Shown piece after piece: positions 20,401 to 29,032 of a DNA stretch of 64,000 nucleotides. Source of the stretch: Trueperaceae bacterium. GTDB taxonomy: Bacteria > Deinococcota > Deinococci > Deinococcales > Trueperaceae. The stretch lies in contig CBDCDZ010000004.1 in NCBI GenBank assembly GCA_965215565.1, positions 3,936,001 to 4,000,000 of the forward strand. The letters run 5' to 3'. How positions within the stretch are numbered: the stretch's first letter is position 1; each line of letters begins with the position of its first letter. Made by a program: the position numbers and the translations under genes. The notes beneath the pieces were generated by a model. That model searched no databases and had not been told where the DNA came from. It saw only the letters and a program-made list of their open reading frames with translations.

Positions 20401-20870
20401 GTAAACGCGCCCGAGCTTGGGTTGACAACGATGACGATGGTGACGCTCAAGGTCTCGCCGCTCTCCGTCTCGAGCCTCAGCGTGAGCGTGTAACCGCCCA
20501 TCGCGAGGTCTGAGAGGTCGACGGTGAAGGTGTCGCCGTCCAGCGTGACCGGGTTGTCCGCGCTGATGACCTCGTCGGCGCTGCCCTGCACGGTGTAGCG
20601 CACGCTCGTCACCGGGACGTTCACCGTGCCCGCGAGGGTCAGCGCGCCGTCACTCATCATGAGCGTGCAGTCGCCCGATACGTCCGCGCAGACGGCGGGC
20701 TCGCTCAGCGTCACGGGGGAGGCGCTCGGGTCGGTTGGATTTGTCGGCTCGGTGAGCGGGCTGCCGCACGCCGCGAGCAGTCCAGCGGTGAGTAGAAGTG
20801 TCAGAATGAGGCGTGTGTTTAGGATAAGACGTGGGCGAAGTGATTTCTCTCTGCGGATGGGTTGCTTCAT
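17451..20870 (-). CDS. Large acidic lipoprotein: Ig-like domain plus three tandem beta-propeller-like domains
   Basis: Lipobox LLAAC; three ~310-aa repeats each with APKG, IVADFG, WD(V/L)xYD, NLHG, DVGAATT, LGNPVD, EK. Confidence 0.85.
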   Translation of the reverse strand: MKQPIRREKSLRPRLILNTRLILTLLLTAGLLAACGSPLTEPTNPTDPSASPVTLSEPAVCADVSGDCTLMMSDGALTLAGTVNVPVTSVRYTVQGSADEVISADNPVTLDGDTFTVDLSDLAMGGYTLTLRLETESGETLSVTIVIVVNPSSGAFTPDERTVYVSNNGPGNAGLIDTFDETFTLQSTFNAGNNEGVEVDSSGNVYQAGDGENGPSIRVVSQLYDRPENASTFDPDIDREISGDATGLAAPKGIELAEDAGLLIVADFGDGSLKVFGASVDGNVAPVATTTLDTPAWDVAYDPNTDRLFAAITDGTVAVFDSYLEDYGADGPARTITPYRDGEKISDNLHGIAYDSGSDTLVVTDVGAATTPEQPGFKTDGSIYAFLGASTLDGNADPERVVRGRWTLLGNPVDVIFNGYDEVRITEKANDVLLVFDDFFAPDAPDGEVMPDLVKPESKPESLVAAPEDFVPDQNPNPSPEPGGGFNSDFDLNIYGSNNGPDNVGELDTFNALFQRLKTFQSGNNEGVDLDALGNLYHAGDRESGSSLRVLSQIRNRPDGGAYDATLDREIKGDSTGLVAPKGFDIAQKAGLLIVADFGDSNVKVFGTAAGGNVAPLAVTGFTVAPWDLAYDEANDRLFVARVNGTVCVFEDYVASGYGPDGPVTVLTPVDENGDKLSDNLHGVAYDAERDALVVTDVGAATTSDQDGFDSDGSLYVFENASEARGETQPVRILRGPSTLLGNPVDLILNGDEARIAEKAGDKFLVFDNVFDGASGDVAPDLAVDESKPESLVAEAADFALGNPDVTDIDDTATVIDALFAVSNTPESGDDFVVSVEPDLSTMESTFDTAGATVNPENITFSGNGDAYLTFDDGATPSMGGIAVVNRLATQRDGGTFDASRDRTITGDNTGLVAPKGLEVVDSLGVVIVADFGAKDIKVFSTQVGGNASPRFTTTNLGSDTRSVWDVDYDPTSDTLFVAGTDGTALVYEDYTADYGAGGPDREITPTRAGNKVSANLHGVVHVADKDLLILADVGAATTPDQPDFDADGELYVLTDASSADGNAEPVARVRGSNTTLGNPVDITFDGDTLFVAEKTKDRVLAFAGLLDYGEGDWNIRPSASAEVDNAESVALAPEFLSR

Positions 20871-21252
20871 CGTTTCCTCTCTAGGTTCGTCGCGTCTGAG
20901 CCGGCTGATACGTTAGCCGGTAAGACGGTTGGGGTCTCTACTAAAACGTTGCTGAGCGCGTCGTTTTTCTCAGCGCTTCTAAATACCGAGGCAGAACGCC
21001 GCAGCTCAACAAAACTTCATCGCGGTAGCGTGCGTGCTGAGCAGTGTTTTTTGCAGTGAGCGTGTTTCTGGTCAGAATCATTGTACGAAATTTCTTCCGG
21101 CTCCTCTGGAGCGCGAAGCGTTTGCTGAAAGCAAAATTTCATAATGGAAAACTTCTGTGAGCGAAGTAACTTGCTATCTAAGCCTCCCCTAAAACTAGAA
21201 CGCGCCGCCGAGCCGCTAGCTGACCCTCAGCGCTTTTCCTACTTGTCTTACG

Positions 21253-21374
21253 AAACGCGCAAAACTTCACTTTAGATGCGTATTAGATGCATAGGTGTCG
21301 CCGAGTTTAGCGTCACGCAGCCCGAGTGAGCGAAGACGACTCCCCTCGCATCCAAACTTCGCTAACGTGCGTTT
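21253..21374. promoter_or_regulatory. Divergent pair of candidate ECF-sigma promoters
   Basis: GCATCT-N16-CGTTT on - strand (21253-21279) and GCATCC-N16-CGTTT on + strand (21348-21374); third site GCATCC-N17-CGTAA at 21765-21792. Confidence 0.45.
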
Positions 21375-21554
21375 CTTAACAGATGAAGGGGGCGCAATGA
21401 GGTTTCCGGGTAATTTCTGTAGGAATTACCCCGAGCGTAGCGAGTTGAAAAAACTACGGATTCTGATGAGTACGGAATCAACTCCGACTCCAACGAAGTG
21501 CGCAGTGTCGGAGTCGATGTAGTAGTCAATCGGAATCCGTACAAGGGAGGCGCT

Positions 21555-21779
21555 ATGGTAAACTACAAACACGACGAAATCGGCGTAGAAGCGGAGCTGA
21601 GCGGAAACGTCCAGCACATTTCGAAAGGTGATCTGCTGGCGCTCATCCGTCGAGTTGAAGATGCTGTGTTTAGAGGCACGGCGCAGATGCGGGACTACGA
21701 GACGTTTGTGTGCTGCCAAGAGGAGCTGTTGAGGCGTGAAGTTCTCCACTTTGAACGTGAGCGGGCATCCAATCGCTAA
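21555..21779 (+). CDS. Small hypothetical protein upstream of ECF sigma
   Basis: AGGGAGG RBS then ATG 21555; 74 aa. Confidence 0.6.
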   Translation: MVNYKHDEIGVEAELSGNVQHISKGDLLALIRRVEDAVFRGTAQMRDYETFVCCQEELLRREVLHFERERASNR

Positions 21780-21805
21780 GGTGCGCGCGTAAGGATGGAT
21801 AGAGC

Positions 21806-22393
21806 GTGAAGGGCTCACCACCGGACGCACCGGCAGACCCGCCGGTGGACCCGGAGGCAGCCCTCGTCATCCGTTTAGGACGTGGCGACGAAAGCGTTCT
21901 GGACGAGCTTTATGCTCGTTTAGGCGGGGGCGTTTTCGCCGCCGCGTTCGATCTACTCAAGAGCAGAGAGGAGGCTGAAGAGGTCGTGCAAGACACGTTC
22001 TTAACGCTGTGCCGCAAGGCGCACCTTTACAACACACCCGAACGCTCGCCTCGAGCCTTCATCTACACCGTAGCCCGCAATAAGGCGCTCTCGAGGCTGC
22101 GCAGGCGCAAAGCGCGCCCCGCGAAGGCGAGCGGCTGGGACGTGCATGAGCCCAGCGTCCCTTTCGCCGCGCCTCAGGGCGAGGACCAGGCGACGCGCCT
22201 CTACGCTGAAGACCTCTTGGCGAAGCTGAGTGACGAGGAGCGGCGGCTCTTGGAGGGCGCGTTTTACCAAGGTCATACGCACGCTGAACTCGCTGAGCTG
22301 ACCGGGCTGCCTCTAGGCACCTTGAAGAGCAAGCTGCGCCGCGCGCTGCTCAAACTCAAAGACTACGCTCGAGCCGAGACGAAGCCGTCATGA
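21806..22393 (+). CDS. ECF RNA polymerase sigma factor (SigK-like)
   Basis: EAEEVVQDTF (region 2), GHTHAELAELTGLPLGTLKSKLRRAL (region 4). Confidence 0.92.
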   Translation: MKGSPPDAPADPPVDPEAALVIRLGRGDESVLDELYARLGGGVFAAAFDLLKSREEAEEVVQDTFLTLCRKAHLYNTPERSPRAFIYTVARNKALSRLRRRKARPAKASGWDVHEPSVPFAAPQGEDQATRLYAEDLLAKLSDEERRLLEGAFYQGHTHAELAELTGLPLGTLKSKLRRALLKLKDYARAETKPS

Positions 22394-23472
22394 ACGAGCT
22401 TCTGACCATATCCAGTGACCACCCCAAAGACCTCTTGCCGGACTACGTTTTGGGACTGCTCACCCCCGAAGAGGTCGAAGAGGTCGAGGTACACCTAGCG
22501 GGCTGCGCCGAATGCCAAAGGGAGGCGTGGGATCTAGCCGAGCCGCTCGTCCTGCTCACCGAAGCGCTGCCGAGCGAACCGCCGCCCGCGCGCATCCTGC
22601 AGGCGGTTAAAGCGGAACTGGCTGACGCCCCGCTGCTGCCTGAAGTCGCCGCTACAAACCCGGTAGGTGATAGAGACAGTACCCGCGAAACTGCCCCACC
22701 TATTCCACCACAGACGACGCGCCCGGCGGTGCGTTACGCCTGGCCGCTCACCGCCGCCTTTGCCCTCTTGCTCGCCCTCGGCGGGCTCTTGTGGGGCGCG
22801 GACACCTACGGAACGCTTCAGCAGGTCCGCGCTGACGAACGCCTGCTGAGCGGCTACCTCGCGCGCCCAGAGGTGCAAAAAGTCGTGCTCGAGAACGTCT
22901 TGACAAGTGACCGTACCGAGCCCATCGGCAGCGCCCTCCTGGTTTCGGAGAGACCCTCCGAGGTGCTCTTTGTGCTTAGTGAGAACGCACCTCAAGGACG
23001 CACCTACCAGGCCTGGGGACATACCAGCAGCGACTGGGACCCGGAGGGCGGCGAGCGCTTGACCTCTCTGCTCACCTCGCAAGATGAGGTCTTCGAGGTG
23101 GACGCGGCAGGGTTCGCCTCGCTCTACCTGAGCCTCGAGCCCGCTGGCGGCAGCCCCCAACCTACGGACCCGCTGAGCAAGGTGTCCCTCCTCAACCCGG
23201 TGGCGGACGCGCCCATCGAGATCACTACGCCCGAAGACGGGAGCACCGTGTCGGCGGACAGCCTTATCGTCAGCGGCGCAGTCGATTCTGCCATAAGGGA
23301 CCTCAGCTACACGCTTAATGGTGGCGAGCCCACCCGGACGAGCGCGGCGAATAACCGCTTCAGCTTCACGGTGAACGGGCTGCGCGAGGGGCGCAACACA
23401 GTCGAAGTCGCCGCTACGGATGGAGACGGCGGGCGCGTAGTCGCGTCCGTTCAGGTGACCTATACGCCCTGA
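22390..23472 (+). CDS. Anti-sigma factor: zinc finger (HxxxCxxC), TM, RskA-like domain and C-terminal Ig-like domain
   Basis: EVHLAGCAEC; TM helix; TYQAW...LSLEPAGGSPQPT; ATGA overlap with sigma gene. Confidence 0.88.
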   Translation: MNELLTISSDHPKDLLPDYVLGLLTPEEVEEVEVHLAGCAECQREAWDLAEPLVLLTEALPSEPPPARILQAVKAELADAPLLPEVAATNPVGDRDSTRETAPPIPPQTTRPAVRYAWPLTAAFALLLALGGLLWGADTYGTLQQVRADERLLSGYLARPEVQKVVLENVLTSDRTEPIGSALLVSERPSEVLFVLSENAPQGRTYQAWGHTSSDWDPEGGERLTSLLTSQDEVFEVDAAGFASLYLSLEPAGGSPQPTDPLSKVSLLNPVADAPIEITTPEDGSTVSADSLIVSGAVDSAIRDLSYTLNGGEPTRTSAANNRFSFTVNGLREGRNTVEVAATDGDGGRVVASVQVTYTP

Positions 23473-23589
23473 TTGGCCAAGTCTCTAACCCCTTGTGCCA
23501 ACCCCTTGTGTACTGCCCCGGTGTGGCGCGGTCTTCATGACGAGCTGTTAAACTGTCCCTGCGAGCAAAACGCTCTCAGGGAGGCTTCA

Positions 23590-24717
23590 ATGAAGAGACG
23601 AGTGCGTGCGTTCAGGATCAACATCCTCTTATTCACCCTGTTCGTACTCTTGGCGGGAGGGTTAGCAGGCGCTGGCTTCGCCTCTGCGCAGCGTGAGGGT
23701 GCAGGTCTCATCATCGTGAGCAAGCCGCCGCCGCCCGCCGTGCCGAGTGACCCCTCTCAAGGGCTGATCTTTCGCGCACCCCTCGACATGTCCGCCTCGA
23801 GCATCACCTTCGACACCTCCAATACAGCAGAAGGTGAAGCTGTAGACGCCCCTAAAAGCCTCGAGTACCTCCGCCTAGACAGCGCTGGCGACGCCTATAT
23901 CACCTTCGACGACGGACCCGCCGAAGCTGCGCCCGGCGGCGTTATGGTCATCGAAGACTTCATGAACCGGACGGGCTTTGGTTCGTCTAAAGACCGCCTC
24001 ATTACGGGCGAAGCGGCGGGCTTAGTCGCGCCAAAAGACCTCGTGGTGGCGGACGACTCAGGCGTCGTCATCGTCTCGGACTTCGCCGAGGCGAAGGTGG
24101 CGGTTTTCGACGTTCTAGCTGACGGCGATACTGCGCCGCGCTTCGTCACGCCCGAGCTTGGTCTAACGGAGGCGGGCGAGCCGCGCCGCCCTTGGGGTCT
24201 CGCCTTCGACGCGGCGGCAGACAGGCTTTTCGTGGGTGGCACCGACGGCACGGTGCTCGTCTTTGACGCCTACCTCGCCGACCGGGGCGAGGGCGGACCG
24301 GACCGCGTATTCACGCCCTTTCTGGGAGGCGAACAGGCGTCCGCTAATATTCATGACCTCGTCTACCTAGCAGACGAAGACGTACTTATCGCGACGGACG
24401 TGGGCGCGGCGACTACTGCCGACCAGCCGGGTTTCGACGCGGACGGCAAGGTGTTTGTGCTCGAGAATGCGAGCACCGCCGAGGGCGAAACCGAAGTCAA
24501 GGCGCAACTCGCCGGGTCAAGTACCATGCTGGGCAACCCCGTCGGCGCGGCGTCCCACGGCAGCGACCTCTTCATCACTGAGAAGACGAAGGACGCCGTG
24601 CTTCGTTTCAGCGGCGTTCTCGGCATGTCGGGTGCGGTTGACATTGCGCCGACGGGCGCGGTCACGGTGGCGAAACCCGAGGCGGTGGCGTTGGTGTCTG
24701 AAGCAAACGCCGACTGA
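23590..24717 (+). CDS. Secreted single-domain paralogue of the 17451-20870 propeller repeats
   Basis: AGGGAGG RBS, signal peptide; APKD, VSDF, PWGLAFD, NIHD, DVGAATTADQPGFDADG, LGNPV, EKTKD. Confidence 0.85.
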   Translation: MKRRVRAFRINILLFTLFVLLAGGLAGAGFASAQREGAGLIIVSKPPPPAVPSDPSQGLIFRAPLDMSASSITFDTSNTAEGEAVDAPKSLEYLRLDSAGDAYITFDDGPAEAAPGGVMVIEDFMNRTGFGSSKDRLITGEAAGLVAPKDLVVADDSGVVIVSDFAEAKVAVFDVLADGDTAPRFVTPELGLTEAGEPRRPWGLAFDAAADRLFVGGTDGTVLVFDAYLADRGEGGPDRVFTPFLGGEQASANIHDLVYLADEDVLIATDVGAATTADQPGFDADGKVFVLENASTAEGETEVKAQLAGSSTMLGNPVGAASHGSDLFITEKTKDAVLRFSGVLGMSGAVDIAPTGAVTVAKPEAVALVSEANAD

Positions 24718-24956
24718 TTAACGTTTCAGATCAGGTTCGAGCAAGGCGTCGCTAGCGGCTGCGCGAAGCTATGGACTCGTGTGCCATAAGGTGCAGCGCG
24801 GATAGTTACGAAGGGGCGCTAGATGAAGGCTTCGTAAACGTTTCTTCAAGCCTCAACCAGGTGTTTTTGTGTGCCCTGAGCCTGCTTAGCCCTCCGAAAT
24901 CCTTATAGTAAAGAAAACTAGCGAAATCTATAGCTAAGTTGTCACCGTAAGATGAC

Positions 24957-24989
24957 CGCAGCAAAGAACGCAGCAAAGAACGCAGCAAA
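24957..24989. repeat. 12-bp tandem repeat (CGCAGCAAAGAA x2.75)
   Basis: Directly visible. Confidence 0.75.
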
Positions 24990-25005
24990 AGCGACGTGTA
25001 GGCAA

Positions 25006-25116
25006 TAGGAACGAACATAACCACTGAGCTTGAATCACACAGGGATCATCACTAAAAGTACGCGTTACGCGGTGTTCCTGAAGGTGAAATTGGCTCAAAC
25101 CAGATGATACCTGCTA
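25006..25116 (+). mobile_element. Degenerate 111-bp MITE-like copy
   Basis: Intact right end ACCAGATGATACCTGCTA, internal CAGGGATCATC, TAG exactly 111 bp upstream. Confidence 0.6.
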
Positions 25117-25132
25117 TCTTCAAAGGAGAACC

Positions 25133-27127
25133 ATGAACACGGCAGCGAAAAGCGTCTCTCGGGTGCCCCACCCTTCCGCACCCGGGCCTACAGGCACCTA
25201 CACCGCACCTGAAGGGACAGGGCACGCCGTTTTGGGGCGCACGCTGCCCTCCTTGCTCGACGAAGCGTGCCGCAACAACCCGAACGAGCGGGCGTTCAAC
25301 CAGTTCAGGGAGGGCGTGTGGCAGCCCCTATCCACCGCCGACTTCCGCATTCAAATCGAAGCTTTGGCGCTCGGACTCACTGACTTGGGTTTGAGGAGAG
25401 GCGACCGCGTCGCCTTCTTCACGCACAGCGACCTCTCGTTCTGCCTCCTCGACATGGCGTGCGCCGTTGCGGGCCTGGTCAGCGTCCCGATCTACCTCAC
25501 GCACACGCCCGAAGCGATTCACTTTATCTTGGATGAGACCCGGGCGAAGGTGCTCGCCGTTTCGGACGGGGTACTTCTGGCGGATATCGAACCGCTGTTA
25601 GGTGACGTGGAAGGGCTCGAGTCCCTCCTCCTCTATGACGCCGAGAACAGTGCCCCAACCTCTAAGCGTCCCCTCCTCACCTACAGCGACGTGCAAGAGC
25701 GTGGTGAGCGTGTACGCCGCGAAGACCCGGGCGCGATTCAAACACTCCGCGCGGACCTGCAACCCGACCATCTCGCCACCATCATCTATACCTCCGGCAC
25801 GACGGGCACACCCAAAGGTGTGATGCTCAGCCACGAGAACCTAACTTCGAACGCGGTCGCGGCCTTTAGCGGCATCCACGAACTCAAGCGCGGCGAAGAG
25901 GTGGCGCTCTCCTTCTTGCCCCTCACGCACGTGTTCGCGCGGGCGATTCAGTACGGCTACATGGCGTGGGGCGTCGCGGTGTACTTCACGACACCGGACA
26001 AGGTCGGCGAGCACCTGCGCGACGTGGAGCCTACCGTCTTCGCCACCGTGCCGCGCGTGTTGGAGAAGGTCTACGAGCGCATCTTGACGGCGGGCAGCGC
26101 CCTCAGCGGTACCAAAAAGCGGCTCTTCGACTGGGCGCTAGAGCTGGCGCGGCGCTACCGCGTCGGCGAGATACCTAAAAGCCTCTACGCGCTGCAACTT
26201 CGCGCCGCCGACAGGCTCGTCTTAGCGCGTTGGCGTGCGGCTTTAGGCGGCGAGATGCGCCTCGTCATCGTAGGCGGCGCGGCTCTGCGCCCCGAGCTGG
26301 TGCACCTCTTCGGCGCAGTCGGCATCGACGTATTGCAAGGCTACGGTCTCACCGAGACGAGTCCGATTATCGCGTACAACCGCCCCGAGGCGAACCGCGC
26401 CGGGACGGTTGGGCAAGTCTTAGCTGGCGCAGAGGTCAAGCTGAGCGAAGAGGGCGAAATCCTGACGCGCGGTCCGCATGTTATGAAGGGCTACTACAAT
26501 AACCCCGAAGAGACGAACAAGGTCATCGACGAAGCGGGCTGGTTTCATACCGGCGACTTAGGCGAAGTGTCCGAAGACGGCTTTCTCAGCATCACCGGGC
26601 GGGTCAAAAACCTCTTCAAGCTCTCGACGGGTAAGTACGTGATGCCGCAGCCCTTAGAGGGCATGTTGGAAACCAACGACCTCATCGAAACCGCGCTAGT
26701 CGTGGGCGAAGGCGAGAAGTACACCGCCGCGCTGCTCTTTTTAAGCCAAGATCAACTTAGGAGCTTCGCCAAGCGCCTCGAGCTAGCGGGGGAGACGGCG
26801 GATTGGTTGGGGTCCGACGCTCTGCAGACTCACCTCAAAGAGGTCTTAGGGCGCGCCAACCGCAGCCTGCCGCACTGGTCACACATCAAACGCGCGGCGC
26901 TGATTGCGGAGAGTCTGACGCTCGAGAATGGGCTCCTCACGCCTACTCTAAAAGTTAAACGCCAAGAGGTCGTGAAGCGCTATGAGGCGCAGCTAGACGC
27001 TCTATTCGGGCGCGGCGGAGCGCCTAGTGAGACAAGCAGCGCGCAAGATAGCGAGGGACACAGCGGAAAGGTCCCGCCTGCGAGTGCTATCATAAATGTC
27101 GAAATGCAAAAAAGCGTCCAGGCTTAG
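25133..27127 (+). CDS. fadD: Long-chain fatty acid-CoA ligase (AMP-dependent synthetase)
   Basis: IIYTSGTTGTPKGVMLSH, QGYGLTETSP, GWFHTGDLG, LTPTLKVKR. Confidence 0.92.
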   Translation: MNTAAKSVSRVPHPSAPGPTGTYTAPEGTGHAVLGRTLPSLLDEACRNNPNERAFNQFREGVWQPLSTADFRIQIEALALGLTDLGLRRGDRVAFFTHSDLSFCLLDMACAVAGLVSVPIYLTHTPEAIHFILDETRAKVLAVSDGVLLADIEPLLGDVEGLESLLLYDAENSAPTSKRPLLTYSDVQERGERVRREDPGAIQTLRADLQPDHLATIIYTSGTTGTPKGVMLSHENLTSNAVAAFSGIHELKRGEEVALSFLPLTHVFARAIQYGYMAWGVAVYFTTPDKVGEHLRDVEPTVFATVPRVLEKVYERILTAGSALSGTKKRLFDWALELARRYRVGEIPKSLYALQLRAADRLVLARWRAALGGEMRLVIVGGAALRPELVHLFGAVGIDVLQGYGLTETSPIIAYNRPEANRAGTVGQVLAGAEVKLSEEGEILTRGPHVMKGYYNNPEETNKVIDEAGWFHTGDLGEVSEDGFLSITGRVKNLFKLSTGKYVMPQPLEGMLETNDLIETALVVGEGEKYTAALLFLSQDQLRSFAKRLELAGETADWLGSDALQTHLKEVLGRANRSLPHWSHIKRAALIAESLTLENGLLTPTLKVKRQEVVKRYEAQLDALFGRGGAPSETSSAQDSEGHSGKVPPASAIINVEMQKSVQA

Positions 27128-27180
27128 TGGCGTTGTAACCGCAAATAGCAAACGTGTAAAACCCAAGATTGGAGCACTAC

Positions 27181-28533
27181 ATGGCGATTAAAAACCCTAT
27201 GAAGATGATGGAGCTGATGAATAAGCTCGACGTGGATAAGGTTGCGAAACTCTCCGAAAAGGTTGACCTCAACAAGCTCATCGGCATGGTCTCCTCGATG
27301 GACGAAAAGACCCTTAACCGCATGATGAAGATGGCTGCGCCGAAAAAAGCGAGCGACTTACCTCCTGCCAACGGCGACTTCTACGACATGGCGTCCACCT
27401 TCACCGAGCGCCAACGCAGCATTCAGATGAAGCTCCGTCACTTCATGGAGCGTGAGGTCGAGCCCATCATCAACGACTACTGGCAGCGCGACGAGTTCCC
27501 CAAAGAACTCATTCCCAAGTTCCGCGAGTTGGACCTCATCAAAGAGATTTTTGACGAAAATGGTGAGCGTACACCCGACGCTTCGATGATCGAGGGCATC
27601 ACCACGATGGAGATGTCGCGCATCGACGTGTCTACCACTGTCTTTTTCGGCGTCCACGCCGGTCTCGCTATGTGCTCAATTCTGGTCGGCGGCTCCGAAG
27701 CGCAAAAGCGCAAGTGGCTCCCCAAGATGCGCGATATGGAGATCATCGGCGCGTTCGGTCTGACCGAGCCCGACGTCGGCTCCGCCGTCTCGCAAGGGAT
27801 GAAGACCACCTGCCGCCGCGAGGAGGACGAGTGGGTCCTAAACGGTGAAAAGTACTGGATCGGTAACTCGACGTTTAGCGACATCACGATTATTTGGGCA
27901 AGGGACGAGGACGACGGACAGGTCAAAGGCTTCATCGTCCGCAACGACACGCCCGGCTTCAGCGTGAAGAAAATCGAAGGTAAAATTGCCCTTCGCGCTG
28001 TCGAAAACGGCCACATCACCATGCAGAACTGCCGCGTTGCCGAGGAGGACCGCCTCCAGAACGCCAACTCGTTTCGCGCCACCGCTGATGTCTTACGCAT
28101 GACCCGCGCGGGCGTCGCCTGGCAAGGCGTCGGCTGCTCGATGGGTGCGTACGAAAAAGCGCACGCCTACGCGCAGAGCCGCACGCAGTTCGGTCGCCCG
28201 ATTGCCAACTATCAGCTCGTCCAAAACCTCCTGGTGCAGATGCTCGGCAACACCACCGCGCTGCAAACCATGTGCATACGGCTTTCGCAACTGCAAGACG
28301 AGGGTGAGATGACCGACGAGCAAGCCTCACTCGCCAAAGTCTTCTCCGCGAAGCGCTGCCGCGAATCCGTCGCCTTGGGCCGTGAAGCGTTCGGCGGCAA
28401 AGGGATATTGTTAGAGAACCACGTCGCCCGCTACTTCTGCGATACCGAAGCGATCTACTCGTATGAGGGAACGAATGAGATCAACACGCTCGTTGTTGGG
28501 CGTGCGGTGACGGGATTGAGCGCGTTTGTTTGA
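27181..28533 (+). CDS. Acyl-CoA dehydrogenase (glutaryl-CoA dehydrogenase/ACX4-like) with N-terminal helical extension
   Basis: [41 protein letters not shown]. Confidence 0.92.
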   Translation: MAIKNPMKMMELMNKLDVDKVAKLSEKVDLNKLIGMVSSMDEKTLNRMMKMAAPKKASDLPPANGDFYDMASTFTERQRSIQMKLRHFMEREVEPIINDYWQRDEFPKELIPKFRELDLIKEIFDENGERTPDASMIEGITTMEMSRIDVSTTVFFGVHAGLAMCSILVGGSEAQKRKWLPKMRDMEIIGAFGLTEPDVGSAVSQGMKTTCRREEDEWVLNGEKYWIGNSTFSDITIIWARDEDDGQVKGFIVRNDTPGFSVKKIEGKIALRAVENGHITMQNCRVAEEDRLQNANSFRATADVLRMTRAGVAWQGVGCSMGAYEKAHAYAQSRTQFGRPIANYQLVQNLLVQMLGNTTALQTMCIRLSQLQDEGEMTDEQASLAKVFSAKRCRESVALGREAFGGKGILLENHVARYFCDTEAIYSYEGTNEINTLVVGRAVTGLSAFV

Positions 28534-28604
28534 GCTTAGCTGTTAAAGTAACGTTGAGGACACTTAAAGTGTCCTCTTTTTTTAGGCATATTTTAAGGAG
28601 AGCG

Positions 28605-28781
28605 ATGAAATACAAACGTGTTTCGGTCAAGCTGAGCGGCGGCGCGGTAGCCGGGAAGCGAGAGTTCGGTTTTGATCACGAGAGTTTAGCGCATCTCGTC
28701 AATGAACTTCTATCTGTAGCGGAAGCGGGCGTGGCGCTAAGTGTTGTCATCGGCGGCGGCAACATCTTAGTCCACCCTTAA
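28605..28781 (+). pseudogene. pyrH: Truncated UMP kinase (N-terminal 58 aa only)
   Basis: AAGGAG RBS; MKYKRVSVKLSGGAVAG...VVIGGGNI then stop; no continuation seen. Confidence 0.8.
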
Positions 28782-29032
28782 AGTAAGCGGCGCGCCTAGT
28801 ATCCTTTAAGTCAAACCTCACCCTCGAGCGTTGCTCCAAATCTCATCAGGAACAGAAAAACTAAGCGTTAAAAATCTTAAAAACACCCTACAAAAGCGGC
28901 GTTACGCCTCTATGCTAAGGCTCTCGTAAGAAATCTATACGCTCTACCCTTATATGTAGCCTCTGAATTGCTCGAGGTTTAGAAGGTGTCCGTTGTCTTT
29001 ACTGAGAACGACACCCATAGGGAGAGGGTTCT

